Source: Dicyema japonicum (Eukaryota; Animalia; Dicyemida). Taken from it: a stretch of DNA of 64,000 nt. Of the stretch, positions 49,551 through 63,599 are shown one piece after another (positions within the stretch are counted from its first letter, which is position 1; every line of letters begins with the position of its first letter). The notes under the pieces were generated by a model. It did not search any database. It saw nothing but the letters and a program-made list of their open reading frames with translations, and was not told the origin of the DNA. The translations under genes were made by a program, and so were the position numbers. Location of the stretch: contig RDEW01000028.1 of assembly GCA_011109175.1 (NCBI GenBank), positions 1 to 64,000 of the forward strand. The letters are read 5' to 3'.

Positions 49551-51074
49551 ACAAAATTGATCTTTACAAATTGTGAAAAAAAATTAAAAAGAAAATCGAA
49601 ATTGAGTAAATTTAAAAATTAAATCAAACAATCAACTCAAATAATTATTTAGGTTTCCACGTGGGTCACCTGCTCGTACTCTCCTACAAGTTAGTGAGGC
49701 CATGGTTACTCAACTAACAAACCTTCCCGTGAAGAAAATTGCATACATTTTAAACCAACAGACCCATTTTCTCTCCTTGCCAATTATTTATTATTTTTCC
49801 TGGTAGTGACTACATGATTATTCCACATTTGAAAAGTTTAAATCATTAGCCTTTCCAGTTTAACAAAGCTTTTCTATGCAAAAAAGCCGAAAATTTTTAA
49901 AATTTATGTCAAAAACTCAAAGACTGTATGGGAGAGGTTGAGCTTTTTTCCTAAATTTGTTATAACCGCTATACGCGATAAGAATAAGAGGCTGTGGTCA
50001 AACCAACTCACTTTATTTTGTTAGTTTTAAGGAAAGAGTTTGATCACGAATACCAAAGACTCGAAGTTAAACGATCGGTTGTTAAAGTGGAGACTGTGAT
50101 GTATAATTTTGATGTTGAAAGGGTTAGGAAGTTAATAGTAATTACTAATTAAATGGAGGACTATGCAGTGAATACATCAAGACGAGTGTAAATTGGGGAA
50201 AGTAGACATGATGTGAAAGGAAGAGAAAAGAAAACTGTGAGTTTTAAAACACTTGTGCGGCAAACTCAAAAAGGATAGTTTTTTTTAATATTAAAGTTTT
50301 TTTTGTAGATATTCCGTAAATTTATCCAGTCAAACTAAGTTAGTCTATGACCATTGTACTCCGAGTGAATTAAGATAACCGAGGACCTTTGGGGCGACAA
50401 GAGCGGAGACTGAATTATTGTGTTTTGTTGGAGTTCCTCGAATTCATAAGCTGAATGTAACTCGAGAGATATAAAAAACACTAAAAACTAACAAATTAGT
50501 GAATGCGTGACTTTAGTTTGTGCGTCCACCCTTTACAAGTGTTAAGGAGATTGTAGTGTGACGCACAGTATTTAGCTAATACGTTTAAGCTTTGTTAGAA
50601 GTGTCTTCAAATTCTATTAATTGGAAACTCTAGACATGCAGAACAATGAGAGTAAATGGGTGTGTATACAAATTTAGTGTTGGATAAGTAAATCATTATT
50701 GAAGTCTTTTACAGATTTGTATTGGGTGCAAATACCTACAAAAATAACAACTATTATACATGTCCAGGGGTTATGTGAGGACCACAAACACTGCCTTAAT
50801 AGATTAACCCCTGCGTCGATAACCCCCAATTAGAAAACGTGCTGCCAAAACAGGCCGCTCCCTGAAATCCTCCACATTCGTGTTGAGTCATGATGGTACA
50901 ATCATTCTTATAGGTAACGCCACCACTCAGACAAACGACCATAACCGTTCTCCAACACAAAGATCAACGAAAAACTTAAACAATTCAAAGTTTTTAATAA
51001 CCAAATGAAATCAAAAACAACACGTGACATATTTATTATAAATCAATAATTTAAAATTTTTCAACAAAAATAAA

Positions 51075-51474
51075 TTATATTTTGAGAAATTCAAACAAAT
51101 GTTGTCTTGAATTGTCCCCTGAATTCTTACTGAGAATGCTTTTCAGACGCTTGTGAAGACTCTTAGCAGAAGTAGCAATAGGTTTTGGAATATGCACTTG
51201 CACATCGACTTTCTTGTTTTCAATCTTTGGTATTGTTTTTACTACATACTCCACGTTTTTATGCCCACAAGCCATACAATGCTTTATCTAAAAATATTTA
51301 AAGGATGTTTACTATCATTGTGTGATTTCGTTGTGGTTGTTGCTTTTTGGACGAGAGAAGTTCTCCTTGCTTAGTTGAAGACATCTTCTTGAATTTCTTG
51401 AGTGATAACATTTGAATCTTCACTAGCTTTGGGAGTAGAACAACATGACATTTCCCACATCTACTAAAATCCAT
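51075..51474 (-). CDS. Rpr2/Rpp21-family zinc protein, C18orf21 (RMP24)-like
   Basis: One 25-nt phase-0 intron joins RCGKCHVVLLP..basic linker to IKHCMACGHK (two CxxC pairs). C-terminal KRLKSILSK..LFEFLKI resembles C18orf21 (from recall). An upstream exon may exist. Confidence 0.55.
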
Positions 51475-53095
51475 CAGGAAAGAGCGTGGATAATATTTAA
51501 ATTTTTTAATTAATTTTTTTAATTTAATGAAGCATATTTTATAACATTAAAATTTTTAGAACTCTTCAACAAACTGGATGAACTGAGAAGCCTGTTTTTA
51601 TGGGAAGGAACTTAATCCCAACACAGAATCTTGACGAGTCAAAAGGTCCCTTAAACAGCTTACAACAACACTCAAGACATTATTAATTTTTTACCTGTCT
51701 GCACACCGATCGAAGAAATTTGGGGACGGTAGCTTGATTCTCGTTCTATGGCCACTATTTGGTAGTTGCTTAGTAAGAGTGAGAACTGGGGATGTTGGCT
51801 ACAATTGTGGTCAGTTTTCTTCACAGATGCTGGCCCACGTGAAAACTATCAACAATGTTAAATTAGAGTGGGTTCTGTAGTGTAATTTTAGAGATTAAAG
51901 AAATTAGTGGGAGCTAGATTTGAACTCTTGTCATTTGTAGAATCGTCACCTTGCAATTACTCGTTCACTAGGGAATTCTAATTATCCCCATAAGTGCCTC
52001 AACCAATTATGCATGTTGGTTCATTAGGAGTGTAATCACCATCAGAGTCAATAACGCTTCACATAGAGGGGTAATAAATGTCAACTCCATTTCCGAGTCA
52101 ACAGAAACTTTAATAAAATCAAATTGGAAAAACCTCTATAATTGGGTCATTAAGCCGCGCTAATTATTTCAGATCGTCTAGAAAACGAATAAATTCGTTG
52201 GATAGTAATTTTGCTGGATGATAATAATCGTGCTATTTATGCTGTCCTTGAATGAAGGGAATATAAATGATCACATTTAGAATGTAAGGACCGAAAGGAC
52301 TACTGCGAGAACAGCGCAAGGCTGGGCCTTTGTGAGTTTGATGACACTACAGGACAACAGATGAGAATTTATTGTCAAAAATCGTGCAATATCTGCCAAA
52401 GTAAGGGGATTGGAGTATTTGCAGACAAATGCAAGGACGAGTCCACCAATTGTGACGTAGTAGAGGGTCAATGTGATTTAGAAATATTTCGGGAGTTTGC
52501 CACACAAAATTGTAGGAAAACCTGTAATCTTTGCTGACAAACTAACAAATCATCAGTAAGCATTTAATACAATTAATGAGTTTTCCACTAAAGCAGTCTT
52601 TTTTGTTAGACTTCTCACCCTCTCCCACGAAGGAATGCCGGGGGAGTGCGAGACATGGGAGAAATGAAAGCCCGTTAAACTGGAGCTCCATGAACTTGAC
52701 AGGACTAACAAAATACTGTGGAAGGGTGGGAAATCACTTGTGTGGATGGATTCTCACTTTCCGACCTTAAGCTGACACCCACTAATCAGAATCAGCCCCT
52801 GGGATAGATGAAACCCTTGAAGGAAAATATAAGCCCGTCGCAACCAAACATCTGGAATTTTAAAACCTAAATCACATTCTATCCCACGTGGTATCTTTGA
52901 CAGAAAAAGTGAGGAAGGAGAGACCTGTTTAATGAAGCCTGTTTAATGAATTGAGAACACATGCCCTACAAGTCTGGGATATGGAGGTCCCATAAGAGAC
53001 TAACGTCGTTTATCAAATAGTCGAAGCTCCCGACAAGCCCTCCGCATGTGTCTATTAAACCAAATTATCAGTTTATTAGTAAGTTTGTTAAGCAA

Positions 53096-54749
53096 TCAGT
53101 TAGTAGGAAGTTCATCCAAATAAGGGACATTATCGACTCCCCCAACAGCCGACATTGCAAACACTCTCTCCCTTCTCTTCAGAAACTACAAATAATCACG
53201 AACAGACATTCTTAAATTCTCCCAACTCAACCGAGTCAATCCTTCTCCAAACATCCCCCAATTCAGTAACAGGCACACCAACTCCCACAAAAGGGAGAAC
53301 CCTCTTAAACTTCCCTGCATATCCACAATCCTGTCTCCCCAACAAACTCTTATACTGATTCCTAAAGTCAACCAAACACCACTACTTTGCACGATTAAAC
53401 TCCTCCTCGCTCACTTTTCCGTCCAAAATGGAGAGAAACTCCACATGACAGTTCATGACAAGCTACATAACCCCCCAAACTACCTGATTCATATCCTCAG
53501 CGCTCCCACGAACATAGTACCCCAACAGTCCCCCATCAGAATATGAGAACGAGACTCCCTTGCACTGAAACATCCCTCAGCACCAACCTTTCGGGGGGAA
53601 CGACTCAGCTTCACCATGGCCGCAGAATTCAACCGAGAACTCAAAGAATATCCACATCCAGTCACTCCAAAGTCATCTCCCAACATAATCTTCGCTATAT
53701 TAGAACATATGTAATCGTTATCTCCCAAACTACTCGTCATCCCCGACTTACCAGACTCCCTTAACGACAACAGCCAACCCGTCCTTCAGAACTCGCTGAA
53801 GGTACTCTTAGTTCAGCTAACCATCACAAAAAGCACTCACAGCCATAAAAAGAGGTCGGTCTCTGCTCATCCCCTTTTCCACTCCCAATGTCTAGCAGCC
53901 GGGCGAATCTTTCCAGGTCATCTGCGGGGACTCCAACCCCAACCACTGAAGTCTGCCAATCACACAACTCTCTTTGAAGAACTCACTCATCTAAGAAATA
54001 CTTTGAAAACAACAACACTCTGTGAGTTCATATTCTCCACCATATAAGGAGAAGCGTAAAGGGAGTTGCCCAGTCCCCTGCGGAAGGCTGCCTCGTGGAG
54101 CTTCTCAAAAACGACTGAAATACCAAGACAGTGGGTACCTGAGGTCTCATCGGTCTGATAATTTCGAATTCTGTCGGCAAGAGTCTGTTTCATGTCCTCG
54201 ACCTCCCACGGCTTGAAAACGGGGTGAACTGCCGCCAAAACAAGGTAAGGACTCATAGAATCTCTAGAATCACAGAATCAGTTACAGGTAGTCTCTACTA
54301 CAGTCCAGGTAGTAGTAAACACTCTCCCTTGTGACCCCACAACTTAGATAACTAATTGGAATACCCCAGGACGACTCCCTTCTGTTGGATGGTCCTCACA
54401 AAGTTGAGGGAACTGCACTTTGACTTACTCTAACCATAATGGGAAATGATACAACCTGATCCACCAACAAACTGAGAAAGTGACTCATCCCTTTCTGGTT
54501 ATGTTTCTCAAAACGAGGACCGGCTGAGTAGCTGATTGCTAGTCTGCACATTGGAGACTGGTCGTCACGCGAAAGTACGTTTATGCCATTTTTAAGTAAA
54601 ATTGACTGTTTGTTATATTTGTCCTTACCTTCCATGGTTCTGATTTAAAAGATGACTTCTTTGAGAGTTTCGCTAACGAAGAAAGATTTCTGCTCTACAA
54701 AATATTAAGTTATTAAAGATATTTGGTAAAATATTGTAAGCACTACCAT
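53096..54749 (-). CDS. UQCRC2: Cytochrome bc1 complex core protein 2 (M16 peptidase family)
   Basis: After removing 22-26 nt introns: LKNGINVLS..AGPRFE..GMSHFL, VTRESVYY, VFKPWEV, EKLHEAAFRRGLGNSLY, C-terminal MSAVGGVDNVPYLDEL. Basic Ser/Lys presequence. Start at 54749 inferred via a 52-nt first intron. Confidence 0.87.
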
Positions 54750-54899
54750 CAGGGAACTAATTTGATTTTATTTTTTTTAATTTTAGTTAATTATTTTAAA
54801 AGTAATTTTACTTACAAATTTATTGTTTTATGCTTACATGAATTTATTGTGTTAAGGAGACCCCCTTTAGATTTATGATCTTTTTTATATCTTGCAGAA

Positions 54900-55437
54900 A
54901 GAGGGTTAAAACCACGATTAACGATGTGGCAATTTCTTTTAAGGCCACACCAACCATCTGGGAGTTACGTTTGACAATGGACTTACATTTGCGAAACATG
55001 TTGAGAATCGGCTCTTACGAGAATGAGGATCCTGAAGATTATCTCAAGAAACGCTGGGACCCTTTCCTGTGTCTATCGGCAATTTGTACAACCTACGAAG
55101 TGAGTCGTGGTCAATGGCCATCTCCCGATCCTTTCTCCTGAAACCATCCACAATCCATGAAGCTGCCAAAAGAGTAATTGGCCGAAACTTTATGTCGCCC
55201 CTCTGGAAGCAGTTTTGATTGGACGACAACAGAAGATGGTGAAGGCAGCTAGTCTGTCTGAAAGCCACCTCTATGAAGTCATGAACAAATCCCTTAAAAC
55301 CCGTCCTAGATAAGAGATAACCAAATTTCCTTTCTGGAAAGCCATACATGATTCTCGTCCACGTCGGATCGGTCTGGGATACTTAGTTGGGAACTTTCTC
55401 TTTCATTTTAACCCGGTGATCTTGTGGTAATAATACA
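54900..55437 (+). mobile_element. APE-RT LINE 3' fragment (subfamily of 8730-9148)
   Basis: LEAVLIGRQQKMVKAA..LYEVMNKSLKTRPR and the shared 3' UTR. Confidence 0.75.
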
Positions 55438-55449
55438 CAATGAAGTTAT

Positions 55450-55900
55450 TATGTTATAGAGACCGCCATTTAGAGGAAGACTGAGGGTCACTTTCCTTGT
55501 TTCCCTCAACAAGAATCTCAATAGCATCGGAAAGAAGTTAGAATGTACAGACGACCTAAAAAACCTACGGTCTCATGCCATGGACAGAGCCGGTGGAGAC
55601 GTCTAGTAAGAGGATCTTAAATCTTGGGGGACAAACGGCACCTTAATCAACATAACATTGAACGGTCCTTTTCTAGAAATCTTTCCCCTACCGACTTTCT
55701 GTGTAGGCAAAAGTGAAACATGTCCAGGCAGGGGTTTTTGGATGAGCATAGGATGAAAATGGATAGGGCTATAAGGGTAACCAGGATCACTTGACTTGTT
55801 TGGCCACCAAAAACCTCAGTATCACCAACCTTCTGGGACGTGTGTTACTGAACATTGATTGATAGAAGTGTTGCTAGAGATTTCTAGAAAGGCATTCATC
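55450..55900 (-). mobile_element. Very decayed LINE family B RT fragment
   Basis: Remnants resembling the K-P-G-K-D-P and LDVS..W-H motifs across frameshifts. Confidence 0.35.
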
Positions 55901-56259
55901 TCTTCTTGCTACATACAATGCTGGTAGGAAAAAAATCGGTTTTTGCAGTTACAAACTTTTTTTGATGAAAAGCTTTTAATTTTTCAACTGAATTAAAGTG
56001 CTTGGAGTTGACTAGATTTATAATTTTTTATTATATAAAATTTCATTAATTGTCTAAAATTTAAAAAAAATTATAGCGTGTGAATAAAAAAGTGATCTAT
56101 TTCAGTTCTTGTTTTCTGTGTTTTAAGCAAATAAATACAAAAATTAAAGGATAGATCCCTGCTCTTTCGGAGTTATAATGGACGATAAAAGATATCGCAG
56201 AATATTTAAATTATTCCAAAATCGACGATCGGATATTTTCTTCTAAAATTCAAAAAAAT

Positions 56260-56560
56260 ATCGAACCACTGAGAGGTTTCCTGCTTCCGGACGTCCTAAA
56301 AAGCCTAAAAAAACAGACATTGAAGTTCCAAAAAATCTTCGAACACTTTGAGAAATGAAATAAAAAATTGTACTGGTAGAAGTGTCTGTAGATAGACAAT
56401 TGGGAATTACTTAAATTCTAATTTTCTATTCGGAAGAGTATGTCAACGTAAACTGTTGTTATCAAATAAAAACAATGATTTGAATTGTCCAAAATTTTTA
56501 TTCGGATAAATGAAAAACTAATATTTTCTCTGATGAAGCATCTCAGGGAAGTGTGATGGC
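56260..56560 (+). mobile_element. Tc1/mariner-like relic
   Basis: PASGRPKK and IFSDEA motifs only. Confidence 0.35.
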
Positions 56561-59500
56561 CAACTCCTTCACAATAGATGACAAGACTGAGGTGGCTAAA
56601 TCTGGGACGAACCGACGAAGGCTGATCCAACTGAAGTGTCTGTACCTGCGGACGAACCGACGAAGGCCGACCCTGCTGATCTCGGTCGACTCTACTATGA
56701 GTGCGATCAAGATCGCTAACGTACTGTATGAGAATGAGTTGCAGAGGTTCAGTCTCCTTCCGGCTTAAATTCTACAGAAACTCCGACAATATGGCCTTTG
56801 TCGAGGCCCTGTACGCTGCTTGTCCTTTGGACCAGATAACCACCGGTTCAGAACGCCAGCCTCAAAGCCGTCGGAGATTGTCATAAGGAACTTACCCTTC
56901 TTGGTTAAGAACGACGACCTCCTGGATTACCTTCAGGAGATGGCTCCTTCAACCACGAAGGTTACTCGAATGTCCAGAAGAGCACAGAAGTTGCCAATGA
57001 TGAAGACCTCAATCAATAACAAAAGAGAGTACACATTACTAGTACGTTGTGGCTTCTACATTGGAAGGAACATGATCACTTGCGAGTGGATGAGAAGAGG
57101 GCCGCCGATCTGCTACAACCGCCAGCAGGTCGGTCACCTTGCATACCAGTGCAAAGTGGACCCGGGCCTCGAACGAAAGTGTGTCAACTGCGGGTCACCC
57201 AAACACGGCGCCAGATATCGTGGCTTCTTTGTGTTAGTGGAGGGCAAACGCAATCTTGATCTCCGCAACAACAATTTTGAATAAGACAGAAGAACAATGT
57301 AAGAATTAACATAAATGAACCAGCTCAAAAGCCACAAGAGTTGGCTATCCAAATAAAATGTGACAGAGAAGATCCAAAAAAACTAGAGGAAATTATATCA
57401 AGGCTAAAAGAACTAAGCAATATTCTTGGCGTGGATTTACGAAAAATGGTGGACTTAGCGATGGAGAGCCCATGCTACCTAAAAGCAAATTGAGCAGATG
57501 TCTGAAGATAGTGCTGGTGAATGCACGATCCTTGAGGAAAAGGCATCATGACCTAGCACTACTTCTGACAGCCACCAGGAAAAAGACCAACACTAAAACG
57601 CTACAAGGATTCAATTCTATAGAAATACCGTGGTAGAAGGTGCTGAGGCTGGCACTGGAACCACATTGTTATACAGTGATGACCTACAAATACGAGACCA
57701 GAAAATTATCATGAGTACACAATGCGAATTGTTTCTGTTGAGGTGCGCTGCTGTGGCTCATGGATAAACGTTGGTCTGTCCTAAATGTTCTACAGAGATC
57801 GAAAAATTCTTTGATTGAAACGACATGTCTGTCCTGGTATGCGCTCTAAACGTCAAAAACGTTAATTACGAGTGCTTCGGAACTAACGGGGACGGACTTA
57901 GACTAGAAAAACTGGGAGAGAAAACTGGTTTTGAAATTATGACGTCGGAAGAGTCAAACCACTTCTCTCACCGTGGAGGAGATATGCTTGACATATTCCT
58001 TATCTCACCACCGCTCTGCACCTATGTGAAGAGGCCGAAGATCATGTGGGACATCGGCAGCGACTACATGCCTCAGGAACTAACACTAAACCTGACACCA
58101 GATACTACGGAAGCAGTGTTCATGGATATGACTTGTCAAGGATAAACTGGGAACATTATAGAAGTTACATCACAAGGAACCTCAAATGGTGGAAGGAGGG
58201 ACTTAATTTCCCGGTTGAAATTGACAACATGGATCGAGACCTTGCAATCATCATAGAACGAGACTTGTCATTGTATGCCAAAAGGAGATTGAAGGGGGAA
58301 CAAGATTGACTCTAGAACGAAGTTGGAGGGTCGAAGCAAGCAAACTAAACGTCAAAGACCACTAGTTCTGGAAGATCTATAAAAGAATAACTGGCCAGAA
58401 CAACGATGAAAGGAAAATCATCTTGAACAACCCAGAGGAGGCTCACATTCTGCTGAGAAAGCCCCAGAAATTTTTAAGAAGCAGCTGGACCGTATCCAGG
58501 GAGTCAACCCAATGGAGCTGATCCCATGGGAAGAACTGGAAGCTTTACAAAAACTACATACATACTTTCCGAATGATCTCAAAGATACTAATATGAAGAT
58601 CACGCTAGAGGAGGTCGTGGTTGCCATCAGAGCATGCAAAGCTAATGTTCCTGAACATGATCATATTAGCATGAAGAAGGTCAAGAGGATTTGCTGCTCG
58701 TATTAAAGAACATATTTAACGCGAGCATTGATCATGGATATGTCCCAAGACACTGGAAAACCTCTATAGGTAGGATGATCCTAAAACCAGGAAAATCGGG
58801 GAGGGACCCTCTCAACAATAGGTTGATCAGCCTCAATCTCCAAGACTGCTCAGCGAATTATCTTCAAGAGGCTGAACGAGTATGTAGAAGAGAGTGGCTT
58901 CCTCCTCGCGAAACAATGTGGCTTCAGACCTGGAAAATCCTGCACGGATTGAATCCACCAAATGCATTCGATGGTACTGAAAGGTCTGGAATTCAGTCAA
59001 CCTGGTATGTCTGGAACTGTCCAAGGCCTTCGATAGCGTGTGGCATGAAGCCCTCCTATCAAGGCTTGCAGCTGCAGACATCCTAAAGAAACTCTTCGTA
59101 TTGATAAAGGACTTCCAGAGTTCGTGTTAGAGGAAACATGTCAAGAAATATCTTACTGAGGAGGGATATTTGTTAAACGTATTTTTGTCCTGAGCCCCTT
59201 TTGTTAAACGTATTTTTGTCAGATTTCTCGACTCTGTTGATCGCAAACACCAAATTATTAATAGACGCAAACGACATAATGGAGATGTCTGGGAAGTCTA
59301 CACTATCAGAGAAGAATCAACTTGTTCACTGACCGAGTGCAAGAATGGTACTCCAGAGAGGGATGATACTCTCTACTGAAAAGTCCAGCTTCATGAGGAT
59401 CAGTCACCTATGAAGACATCTTATACAATTTTATTCATTTGGAATCCCGGGAGTTTACTCGCTTCGCTACCTTGGGATAGTTATCAATCAGGAAGGTTCT

Positions 59501-59960
59501 TTTATGGAGGAAATCGGAGGAGGAAGAAGGCGCTGCAAGCGCTCCTTTGTAGACGCAAGATGGCCGTTAGCATGGAGACCTTCCTATTTGTCTTTATGAG
59601 GATTATTCTACCGGAGTTACTATATGGTTGTGAAGCGTGGTACTTCTCCACGCAGAGGGAAAGAATAATGCCAAAATCGAGGAGGTCAGAAATAAAGTTA
59701 GCTTTGAGCAGAAGACTCCGAGACGTCCTAAGTACAGAAGAGGACAGGATTCTTGCCCCCGTAAAGCACATTGTGGAGAAGAGGATTCAAGGGATCCGAC
59801 GCTAATGCGATTAAATGGAGATGGGGTACGTCGACTTCAATACTAAGACAAAACAATTGATAAAAAACTGATAGTTCAAGAAAAAACTTCCATCTTCGGA
59901 TGATATCATTGAGATAAGTCCCCTCGACAAGGAGATAGACAAACACATTATAGACAAGGG
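56560..59960 (+). mobile_element. APE-RT LINE family B (I/Jockey-like), near full length with gag-like ORF1, decayed
   Basis: ORF1: IVIRNLP (RRM-like) and CCHC knuckles CYNRQQVGHLAYQC, CVNCGSPKH. APE: LDIFLIS..DIGSDYMP. RT: MILKPGK, QCGFRPG, LSKAFDSVWHEAL, LPELLYGCEAW. Confidence 0.85.
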
Positions 59961-61319
59961 CACGAAATGCTGGAGAAAGCTATAAGTCTTTAGTCTTCAC
60001 TAAAACCCTGGATCACGATTAAGTCTCTTAAGAGATCTACCACCGAACCTCACAATTTCACAAATCAAATACTATGTACTTAAAAAAAATTTTTCAAGAA
60101 GCACAAAGTATATCAGAAGAGTATTAAGCCAATAAGTCATATTTGGTCAGGACTCTCGCTTAATATAATCTGGGTGACAGCACTAAGATGATAGTTCTAA
60201 GGATTTTGTCGATAATTATCGGAAGCAAAGTTGGATTTTTCTCTACCATCTGGGTTCGTCCAGCCAATAAGTCCATCGTTTTCGATGGGCATCTCACAGT
60301 TCGTAATAAACATCGTCATTGCTAGCAGTTTTTTATAATAGACACTGCACTACCGAGATTTAACTGCTAAAAGCCTTGCTTGAAAAATTTGAAAACGCCT
60401 TAGCTTTGGGACCCAAAAAACCAGGAAAAACAGAATTGATAAAACGATCTATTATTACCCATGCCTAGCCTTCGCATCCAGAAGTGCGAGCTGTGTGTAG
60501 CTCAGGGCCCGTTTTTGGCATCACTCGAAACACCATTGAACAACGACTCAACACGAACAGGAATGATGTTTTAGCGGAGGGTCTGGGGAGTAACAGATGT
60601 CTCCGACTCTGACCCAATTTTTGCATAAATGATCGGTGGAGGATGGTTTACGTTAAAGGACTTGACGAATCACTGGAAGGAGTGTGAGGGACACGTCTTT
60701 TCCGTAGAAAAAGTGGAAAATACCTGGCTGGAACGCTGTTTGTGTCGAGAGATACTCAATTTCCAACTTTACCTCGACAATATTCACTCAGGATAGGTTC
60801 CACTGGGAGTGGAGTTGACTTAAAAAAGAAAATATGTGATCTTAGAGGGTCATTCGTCTTCAAGTCCGCAACAACAAAACCTCGAGGATCATATGACTCC
60901 GGTCGATTCCCTTCCTACATTCCATTGATCTTTGATAGCAAAAAGGAAGACTGAATTTTCGAGTGAGTGATATCGGTGAAGTTATTCATTAACTCCAATT
61001 AAAGTCTTTTGAATGAGAAGGGGAAGATCTGAACTTGCTCGTGGAACTATAACAATTGAGTGAACAAACGGTGAGGAGTGTGTTGCTTCGTGTAGTCCCG
61101 TAGTTATACCAATACAAGGAAAAAGTTCTTTCTCTTATATCGGATAACCCTATGTATGACCTGAATCGAAGTGGTGTTCCGGATAACTCCCAGGAGAAAC
61201 TCAACGTGGTTCGTCGTGTTATTCATAAACCCGTCTAATTATTTTTTATAGTAACAATGTTTCCTACAATGCTCTTATTTTCCTACAATGCTCTAATGGA
61301 TTGGGTCTTACTAGAAGAC

Positions 61320-61490
61320 TTTACATCACCCCTCTTGTATTTCTTTCAAAACCCTCCCGTCCTCAGAGAAGCTGTGTTGGATCTCGGAAGGTCCACCGGA
61401 AAAAGATGAGAGATCTGATGGAGGCGACCGGGATCACCTAATTAATTTAATAAAATTAAATTAACTATTGGTGTTCTTGGGTTAAATAAA
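61320..61490 (+). mobile_element. LINE family A 3' end
   Basis: RPQRSCVGSRKVHRKKMRDLMEATGIT* and 3' UTR TATTGGTGTTCTTGGGTTAAATAAA. Confidence 0.75.
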
Positions 61491-61999
61491 TGTGCTCGTT
61501 TTTATTGAAGCACAATTCTAAGCAGTTGTTCTGTATTCTACCAGGTTTTTATGCCGATTGAGAGATAGGTGATACACATGCGTGTTTGATGCTTAAAGAG
61601 AGGGAAATTATTAGCCTTCAGTAAAAGAGGTAATACAGAACCACTCTTCTTAGTTGCCACACTTTTTGAGGCCAATTCTGGTCTATCGAAATTTCTGATC
61701 GTTCAATTGGAAGCCTTTAGGGAGTTATTTGAGAACTAAAGTCATGAGGCTCTGTTTCTATTGGACGGTTCGTGTTGTCTTCTGTCCTTTGTGTCTTCAT
61801 GAAACTATAAGGTCGTCAGCGTAAGACGAGATGATTACGCTTGGAAAATGTTGTATGAGAAGATCCAAAGGAATAGATTGACCAACATTAGAGATAATAA
61901 TGGTCCTCATTGATCTCCAATTTACAGGTATTTGATATCACTCGTCCTCTGGCAGCTGATAGAGTTGCAACCTTGACTTGAGATTGGGACAAATTTTCC

Positions 62000-63022
62000 G
62001 CCATATCCTCTGAGACTAATCTGTCCCTTTGTGTGCATAGCAAGTTTGGGTGAGTCATTTGAATCAAGCCATGGTGGAAGGGGGAAGTTACATGGAAATA
62101 TGCGAAACAACGGTCATTCCATATTCGGTGGATATGTTCGAAAGGATTTTATGGATAAATTTTATTCTTCAAGACTTTGCGATAATCCAGATTTTAAGAT
62201 AATCTTCAAAAAAGATCTAAGAAATCCTTCATATGTTATTTACGTCCAACATGGTTTCAGGAGAGACCAATCTACTTCAACACACCTCACTTCATTGAAC
62301 CAGTTCATTATTGAAGGCTTTTCTGCACAACCACATCTAAAATCGGTTTTGTGCTGTCTCGACCTACAAAAAAAATCCTCACTCAAAAAATATTTAGACT
62401 ATCCATCAACTCGAACATAAAATTATGGTTTTCAAATTTCCTCAGCGGAAGGAGAGGACGTGTATGTTTGGATGGGATTTGATCAGTCTCAAGATTACTT
62501 CCAAATTGAGTTCTCCAAGGCCCCCTGTCTCCTGCCCTATTCAACTTATACCTTTCCGACATTCCCAACCCAGTTATGGAAGACTCGATAATTCTCGCTT
62601 ATGCTGATGACCTACTCATTATTTCACGTGATAAAGACCTCACGAATGCTTTAAATTCAAACTTGGCTACATCAAAACCGGATGAACATATCTCCCGAAA
62701 AATGTTCCACCACTCTATTTACCTCGGATAAAAGGCTCGGAGGATGTACCGTTGATCTATTCCTGGACAACGAAAAAATCCTTTTTACGAAGAACCCTAA
62801 AATTCTGGGAGTCACTTTTGATACGCCCATATTGAGAAGACCATTGGAACTTGTCAAAGGAAAATTGGTTTAATTAAAACCATATTTGGTGGAATAAAAA
62901 GCCAGTGAATGTGTTGGGTCAAAAGTCCAGCATCGGGAGAAGCTGAAAAAGCTCTTCAGGATTGTCACCTAATTAACTTCAACGAAATTAAATATTGGTG
63001 TTTTTGGGTTAAATAAATAAAT
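62000..63022 (+). mobile_element. LINE family A RT fragment with 3' end, internally deleted
   Basis: VQHGFRRDQSTSTHL, CLDLQK, LSPALFNLY, AYADD, KILGVTFD, and the same 3' UTR as 61440-61490. Confidence 0.85.
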
Positions 63023-63599
63023 GCTGGAATCCGATTTTATTTCACAAACCACGTGTTGTCAATGATAAAAGTAACCAGTTGAGGCTAATTAGCTGTGAGG
63101 GAGATTGATTGCTGAGTTCATTCACTTGATTGGCTAAATTTAGTGAAAATGCGTGGAAACGTGGTAAATTTAGATTATTAGTGAGCAATTTTGTAGTGGG
63201 GTTGTCGTTGTGACTTGGGTTACTAGCATCGTTAACATGCTTCCTTTATCGACTGAGCAAGATAGGTTCCTCAAAAATGACTCAGGGGAGACCAAATAGA
63301 TGCTCGATGTACCTATGGGAACACATGTCACTCACGCTGTGAGGCAAATTAACTGTCAATCTTGATTTCTGAACAGTCAATATAAAACTTGCATTCAAAA
63401 ACCAGAGAAAAACCTAAAATTGTTTTTTAACGAAATTTGGAGACTTAATAAAATAAAGTCGTTCATTTACTTATGAAAGCACAAACATCTCCCTGCTATA
63501 AACTCCTAATCCCTAAGTTTGATTACAAAAAATTAATAGGAAATAAAGGAAAACATGAAAACCGCATTAATAATCTGAAATTTAATGACGATAAATCAA

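Noticed and set aside
7455-50815. piggyBac ends suggested by GGGTTAA (about 7460) and TTAACCCC (about 50806)
   Set aside because: No matching extended TIR partner or piggyBac transposase motif found.
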